Positions 59,524 through 64,000 of a DNA stretch of 64,000 nucleotides are shown here, piece by piece. Position 1 is the stretch's first letter. The number at the start of each line of letters is the position of its first letter. The notes beneath the pieces are model-generated. The model worked only from the letters and a program-made list of their open reading frames with translations, searched no databases and had not been told where the DNA came from. The stretch spans positions 71,602 through 135,601 of the forward strand of contig CAVRET010000002.1 in the NCBI GenBank assembly GCA_963720265.1. Reading direction: 5' to 3'. This stretch comes from an uncultured bacterium. Lineage in GTDB: Bacteria > Patescibacteriota > Saccharimonadia > UBA4664. Made by a program: the position numbers and the translations under genes.

Positions 59524-60688
59524 CTGAACCACCCCACACTTCCTTGAGCTGCAACTAAAAAGACGACACACTGTTTTCTGTCCACTTCAAAACAAACAGG
59601 AAAACAAATATGTCGTCACCCAATATTGTACGGGGTATCCGTACTCGTATACAAAAGCAATTAATGCCCAGTGTGCCGAGCCGTTGGCGGACGCAGCTGT
59701 CGTTTGGCCTGCAGGCATACGGACTTAGAGCTTTCCAGAGCGCCAGTGGCAATGCCCGCATGGTAGTGGCCAACCCCCACACCGGTCTGCGTAAGGCAGA
59801 GCGCATGTTCCAAAACACCGCCTTTACCGACCAGCTCGGAGAGGTTTTTGACCAGCTGGCGCTCGTCAAACCACGCAGCTATGTAAATGTAGATCACTCG
59901 GACATGCATGGGCTCACAGCCTTGGTAGGTGCCGTACAAACCCGGAAGGGCAGATCCCTCCCTTGTATGGTTGAGACCACTTACGCTCACCATATTCCTG
60001 CCCACGAGAATGCCGCTCCGCACTGGAAGAAACTCAGAGCTGCCATGCAAGCGGCCCGCCGGCAGCAGTCTTTTACCGAGCATACCGTCACTAGCCTCCA
60101 AGCCATGGCTGACCGGCTCGGCTTCTGGCCCCGACTGGTCTTTGACCGCGGTTTTGGCAACCGGTCCATTGTGACGCATCTAGCAGCAGCAAACGCTACC
60201 TTCTATGTCCGCCTCAAGGCAGGGCGATATGTTGAATGTGACGGCGAGGTGACCGAGGTTAGTTCCTTAGTAGACCGGGATACCACGGTCCAGATATATG
60301 GACTGACTCTCCGGGTTATCCGCTCGCCCAAAAGCCGGCGTGCCAAAGAGTCCTGGTACATACTCACTAACGATTTCAGAAGCAGTCGAACTAAGATTAT
60401 CCGAATTTACTACCACCGATTCGAGATTGAAGAGACCTTTCGGGACATTAAACACATCTTTGAGTACAAACGCACCAGGTTAACCAAGCCGCATAACCTA
60501 AAGCTCATCTTGTGGCTGGTCAGCCTTGGCATTGCACTACTTTATCTGGAAACGAAGCCCACTAAACAAACCGTGACAAGCGCCAACCCCAAGAAGCAAA
60601 CGTCCTGGCTCCGCCAGGCCTACGAGCAACTGCAGCAGGCGTTAACCGAGCAGGTCTGGGGCGGGGTGTGAAGTGTGGGGTGGTTCAG
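59524..60688 (+). mobile_element. IS4-family insertion sequence, 1165 bp
   Basis: 19-bp perfect TIRs CTGAACCACCCCACACTTC (59524-59542 and 60670-60688); 9-bp TSD CAACTAACC (59515-59523 and 60689-60697). Confidence 0.95.
59610..60671 (+). CDS. IS4-family DDE transposase
   Basis: VD, VFDRGF, W.ILTN, YREK signature Y.HRFEIEETFRDIK. Confidence 0.93.
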   Translation: MSSPNIVRGIRTRIQKQLMPSVPSRWRTQLSFGLQAYGLRAFQSASGNARMVVANPHTGLRKAERMFQNTAFTDQLGEVFDQLALVKPRSYVNVDHSDMHGLTALVGAVQTRKGRSLPCMVETTYAHHIPAHENAAPHWKKLRAAMQAARRQQSFTEHTVTSLQAMADRLGFWPRLVFDRGFGNRSIVTHLAAANATFYVRLKAGRYVECDGEVTEVSSLVDRDTTVQIYGLTLRVIRSPKSRRAKESWYILTNDFRSSRTKIIRIYYHRFEIEETFRDIKHIFEYKRTRLTKPHNLKLILWLVSLGIALLYLETKPTKQTVTSANPKKQTSWLRQAYEQLQQALTEQVWGGV

Positions 60689-60698
60689 CAACTAACCA

Positions 60699-60727
60699 TT
60701 GACCCCTTAGCCTCAAACTGCTATAGT
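60699..60727 (+). promoter_or_regulatory. infC operon promoter TTGACC-N17-TATAGT
   Basis: Spacing and sequence; lies immediately right of the IS TSD. Confidence 0.7.
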
Positions 60728-60754
60728 ACGGTCGAGCTTTTAAGGAGAGGTCAG

Positions 60755-61309
60755 ATCAACAAAATCCGCTTGAACCGTGAGATTACCGCCCAAACTGTGC
60801 GTTTGGTTGATAGTGACGGTTCTCAGCTCGGCATCGTCAGCCTCAGAGAGGCGCTCGATGCGGCAGCCGAAGCGGACCTCGACCTGGCCGAAATCGCTCC
60901 TAGCGCCAACCCTCCGGTTGTAAAAATTCTGGACTGGGGTAAATATCGCTACGAGCAAACTAAGCAGCAGGCCAAAAACCGCAAGGCTCAAAAGCAAGTT
61001 GAAGTAAAGCAAGTCCGTCTTGGGCTGAAAATCGGTCAGCACGATCTTGATGTTAAGCTCGATCGCGTTCGCCGCTTTCTGTCTCAAGGCAATAAGGTCA
61101 AAATCAGCCTCCTCTTCCGAGGTCGCGAAATTACCCACCCAGACCTCGGCTATGCTATTCTAGCCAGGGTCATGGACCAGCTATCCGATGTTGCTACGCA
61201 AGAGCAGGCTCCGCAGCTCTCCGGCCGTGATTTAAATATGATTGTAGGATTAAGAAAAGATGCCAAAGCTCAAGACTCACAAAGGAATGGCGAAGCGGAT
61301 CAAGCTTAG
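60755..61309 (+). CDS. infC: Translation initiation factor IF-3 (ATC start)
   Basis: AAGGAG SD then in-frame ATC; LN.EI...VRL, PPV.KILD.GK, FL..GNKVK..FRGRE. Confidence 0.95.
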   Translation: MNKIRLNREITAQTVRLVDSDGSQLGIVSLREALDAAAEADLDLAEIAPSANPPVVKILDWGKYRYEQTKQQAKNRKAQKQVEVKQVRLGLKIGQHDLDVKLDRVRRFLSQGNKVKISLLFRGREITHPDLGYAILARVMDQLSDVATQEQAPQLSGRDLNMIVGLRKDAKAQDSQRNGEADQA

Positions 61310-61460
61310 CGCCAACGGCAAGCTCATGCGTCGCCGCGCCTTTCGCAACCACATGCTAACCAAAAAACAGGCTTCCACCAAGCGCGAATATGTGAAAGAG
61401 TTCGAGATTTCTAGCGGTGACGCAGCCAACGTTAGAGTTATGTTAGGGACGTACAAATGA
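61260..61460 (+). CDS. rpmI: 50S ribosomal protein L35
   Basis: [12 protein letters not shown]; operon context. Confidence 0.95.
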   Translation: MPKLKTHKGMAKRIKLSANGKLMRRRAFRNHMLTKKQASTKREYVKEFEISSGDAANVRVMLGTYK

Positions 61461-61804
61461 GAGTCAAGCGCGGAGTTACCAGCCACGCCAAGCACAACCG
61501 TCTGCGAGCCCAGACCAAAGGTTACAGTCTTGTCCGGCACTCAAGCGTACGGCAAGCCCGCCAGGCAGTCCTCAAGGCGCTCCAGTACCAATATCGCGAC
61601 CGGCGCAACAAAAAACGCGACCTGCGCTCACTTTGGATTACCCGTATCAATGCCGCTGTGCGACCCTTCGGCCTGTCCTACTCGACCTTCATGGGCGCGC
61701 TTAAAAAAGCCGGCATCAGCCTCGATCGCAAAATTCTAGCTGAGCTCGCCGTCAGCCAGCCCACAGCCTTTGAAGCTATCGTAAAGGCCTCAAAAGCCAA
61801 ATAA
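61457..61804 (+). CDS. rplT: 50S ribosomal protein L20
   Basis: RVKRG, YRDRR.KKRD.R.LWI.RINAA, DRK.LA.LA. Confidence 0.97.
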   Translation: MRVKRGVTSHAKHNRLRAQTKGYSLVRHSSVRQARQAVLKALQYQYRDRRNKKRDLRSLWITRINAAVRPFGLSYSTFMGALKKAGISLDRKILAELAVSQPTAFEAIVKASKAK

Positions 61805-61821
61805 CAATCTTATCGACGAAC

Positions 61822-61859
61822 ACGCAGAGCCCCCATTAAAACATGGGGGCTCTGCGTTT
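61822..61859. terminator. Terminator after rplT
   Basis: ACGCAGAGCCCCC...GGGGGCTCTGCGT followed by TT. Confidence 0.7.
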
Positions 61860-61983
61860 GATAGCGCGCTCGCACCATAAAATGAAGCTTATGACGATTA
61901 GATTTGGCAGCTTGGCTCTTTGAAGCTGCTCTAGGTCAACTTCGCTCAAAAACCGGTCTTCAGCTCGTCCGGGGTCATAGTAT

Positions 61984-63114
61984 TCATGACTGCCTCTTGG
62001 CTTCAAACTTCTTCCATTCAGCGTCCACAAACTCGCGCATGCGGAGTCGGAATACCTCGACATCAAATTCGCGTGCACGAGCCCGTATCTTATCATTGTC
62101 CAACTGCATACTCTCAAACCGCCTGACTGCAGCGATTAGCGCTTCCGGAGACTGCTCCTTAAACAACACTCCGGTCTCGCCGTCAGTCACATACTCGGGC
62201 GCCCCGCCGGCACTATAGGCAATTACCGGCGTACCTGCGGCCATCGCTTCAAGCGGAACAATGCCAAAATCCTCTTCCGGTGGGAATACAAAAGCCTTCG
62301 CGCCAGCCATCAAGCGATTACGCTCATCATCGGGCACCCAACCCAGAAACGAAATATTAACCTTTGCTCTAGCCTTGAGAGCAGCGAGCTCTTCGCCAAT
62401 TCCGACCACCTTAAGCTCAAGTCCCAATTCGTTGAACACATCAATTGCTAGATCAATGCGTTTACTCGCCACCTGTCTGGATACAATTACGTAATAATTT
62501 CCCCGAGTTCGTGGCGTTTTTAACAACGGTTGAGTAGAAACCGGCGGATATATTACGGCTGAATCTCGATGATAATAGCGTTTAATGCGCTTCTGGATAA
62601 AGGCCGAATTCGCTACGTACACATCAACGCCCTGAGCACCCTTATAGTCAACCCGGCGGAGAATACCGATCACCAGTGGGAAAACTATTCGTCCCAGCCA
62701 ATTAAAATAACCAAACGGCATATGTTCAAGCCGCCATTCGTAATCCGACCAATAATAGCGCACGGGCGTATGGCAGTAGCAGATGTGCAAAGTATTAGCT
62801 CCGGTCTTAACATACTTGGCTTCTGCCGCACACGACGAAATAACCAGATCGTATTCGCTCATATCAAGCGTCTTAAATGGTAATCCGAGAAAAATCGGGA
62901 AGAGCTGATGTTTATGCTTAAGCAAAGGAATCTTATCTAAAAACGTGGTACGAACGTCTGCCTTTGCAAACTCAGGAAACTTATCCGGAATGTAGGCAGC
63001 TGTGTATATCGGCGCTTCAGGCCACATTCGATGTAGTTCATACAACACAGTCTCCGCCCCACCTCTGGATACCAGCCAGTGATGGGCCAAAGCAACCCTA
63101 AGTTTAGGCATCAA
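61984..63114 (-). CDS. Glycosyltransferase family 4 (WbaZ-like mannosyltransferase)
   Basis: H.WL...GGAE.V, YCHTP.RY, EEDFGIVPLEAMA.G. Confidence 0.92.
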   Translation of the reverse strand: MMPKLRVALAHHWLVSRGGAETVLYELHRMWPEAPIYTAAYIPDKFPEFAKADVRTTFLDKIPLLKHKHQLFPIFLGLPFKTLDMSEYDLVISSCAAEAKYVKTGANTLHICYCHTPVRYYWSDYEWRLEHMPFGYFNWLGRIVFPLVIGILRRVDYKGAQGVDVYVANSAFIQKRIKRYYHRDSAVIYPPVSTQPLLKTPRTRGNYYVIVSRQVASKRIDLAIDVFNELGLELKVVGIGEELAALKARAKVNISFLGWVPDDERNRLMAGAKAFVFPPEEDFGIVPLEAMAAGTPVIAYSAGGAPEYVTDGETGVLFKEQSPEALIAAVRRFESMQLDNDKIRARAREFDVEVFRLRMREFVDAEWKKFEAKRQS

Positions 63115-64000
63115 TAAGCTCCCTCATGCCGAAATATTGCCAGCACCGTCTTGAACAATATTTTTGCATCCAGCGTTAAGCTCCAATTCTCAACATAGTA
63201 GATGTCCAACTTCACCCGGTCCTCATAACTCAAGTCGCTACGACCTGATATTTGCCACAATCCTGTCGCGCCGGGCTTTAAGGCCAAGAAGCTTGCTCCG
63301 TGAGACCCATAATGCTCAAGCTCAGCCGGAACAATCGGACGCGGCCCCACCATACTCATATCACCAAACAGCACATTGAAAAGCTGTGGAAGCTCATCCA
63401 GGCTCAGTTTGCGTAAGAATCCTCCAAGCTTGCTCACGCGAGGATCGTTATCAAGTTTCTGTAGCTTGTCAAACTCCGGTATGAGCTCGGGCCGGCCCAT
63501 CGCTCGAAACGTATCAGCAGCAGTCTTGTACGGCCTGTCAGGGCCGTCGCAGTACTTCCATGCCATTGTACGAAACTTTAAGACATACAATTCTTTACCA
63601 TTCCTACTCAGACGGCGATGACGGTACAGAATAGGGCCGCTCGAATCAGCCAGTTTCTCGGCAATCGCAATGGCAACGAAGAGCGGTGACAGAATAATAA
63701 TGCCAAATGTTGCACCAACTACATCAAATATCCTTTTCACCACCCTACCCCAACCCTCCAGGGGTGTGAGTCTAAGCTCGATCATCGGCAAACCCGCCAG
63801 ACTCCCAAACGCGGCATTAGAGGCATACAGGCCAAACTGGTTCGCAACAAAGCGGTAGCCAATGTGCTCGTTTGTCGCATAGTTCACTATCGCCAGGATA
63901 TCGCCCTGCTCAAGCGCAGAATCAGCCTGAATAATGTCGTCGATCGGATATTTCCGCTTTAAGTGGGTTAGAGCCGACTCGAAGTCGTTATATACCGGCA
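63111..64000 (-). CDS. Undecaprenyl-phosphate sugar phosphotransferase (WcaJ/CpsE-like), 5' end beyond window
   Basis: KR.FD, KFRTM, DPRV..G.FLRK.SLDELPQL.NV..GDMS.VGPRP, KPG.TGLWQ.SGR. Confidence 0.93.
   Translation of the reverse strand, partial: PVYNDFESALTHLKRKYPIDDIIQADSALEQGDILAIVNYATNEHIGYRFVANQFGLYASNAAFGSLAGLPMIELRLTPLEGWGRVVKRIFDVVGATFGIIILSPLFVAIAIAEKLADSSGPILYRHRRLSRNGKELYVLKFRTMAWKYCDGPDRPYKTAADTFRAMGRPELIPEFDKLQKLDNDPRVSKLGGFLRKLSLDELPQLFNVLFGDMSMVGPRPIVPAELEHYGSHGASFLALKPGATGLWQISGRSDLSYEDRVKLDIYYVENWSLTLDAKILFKTVLAIFRHEGAY

Noticed and set aside
61836-61990. Small gene or frameshifted remnant downstream of the glycosyltransferase
   Set aside because: No recognisable homology, and it overlaps the terminator; cannot be supported.

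Overview
A 64-kb bacterial chromosomal segment. Gene content and style point to Patescibacteria (CPR), most likely Saccharibacteria: the tmRNA tag type, a VirD4-like ATPase with a huge Pro-rich tail, an LPxTG surface protein and a PilB-like ATPase. This assignment is an inference. Housekeeping genes: gyrA/gyrB, pheS/pheT, trpS, argS, smpB, ssrA (tmRNA), tRNA-Pro(CGG), rmuC, a UvrD-like helicase-nuclease and infC-rpmI-rplT. There are also many envelope and glycosylation genes. Mobile DNA: an IS200-type element (24779-~25362), an intact IS4-family element with 19-bp TIRs and a 9-bp TSD (59524-60688), and a ~4.9-kb serine-recombinase/Replic_Relax element integrated at the tRNA-Pro 3' end, next to an older att-flanked VapBC islet. 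Most notable observations: (1) an unannotated ~500-nt, promoter- and terminator-bounded, highly structured minus-strand RNA between trpS and pheS; (2) a family of secreted Asn/Gly/Ser-rich repeat proteins resembling a functional-amyloid or fibre system; (3) an integrase whose C-terminus would be swapped on excision; (4) an HTH fused to a degenerate 2-hydroxyacid dehydrogenase, with a 30-bp perfect palindrome upstream; (5) a leader-peptide-controlled TylM1-like methyltransferase; (6) a trehalase-ROK kinase pair.
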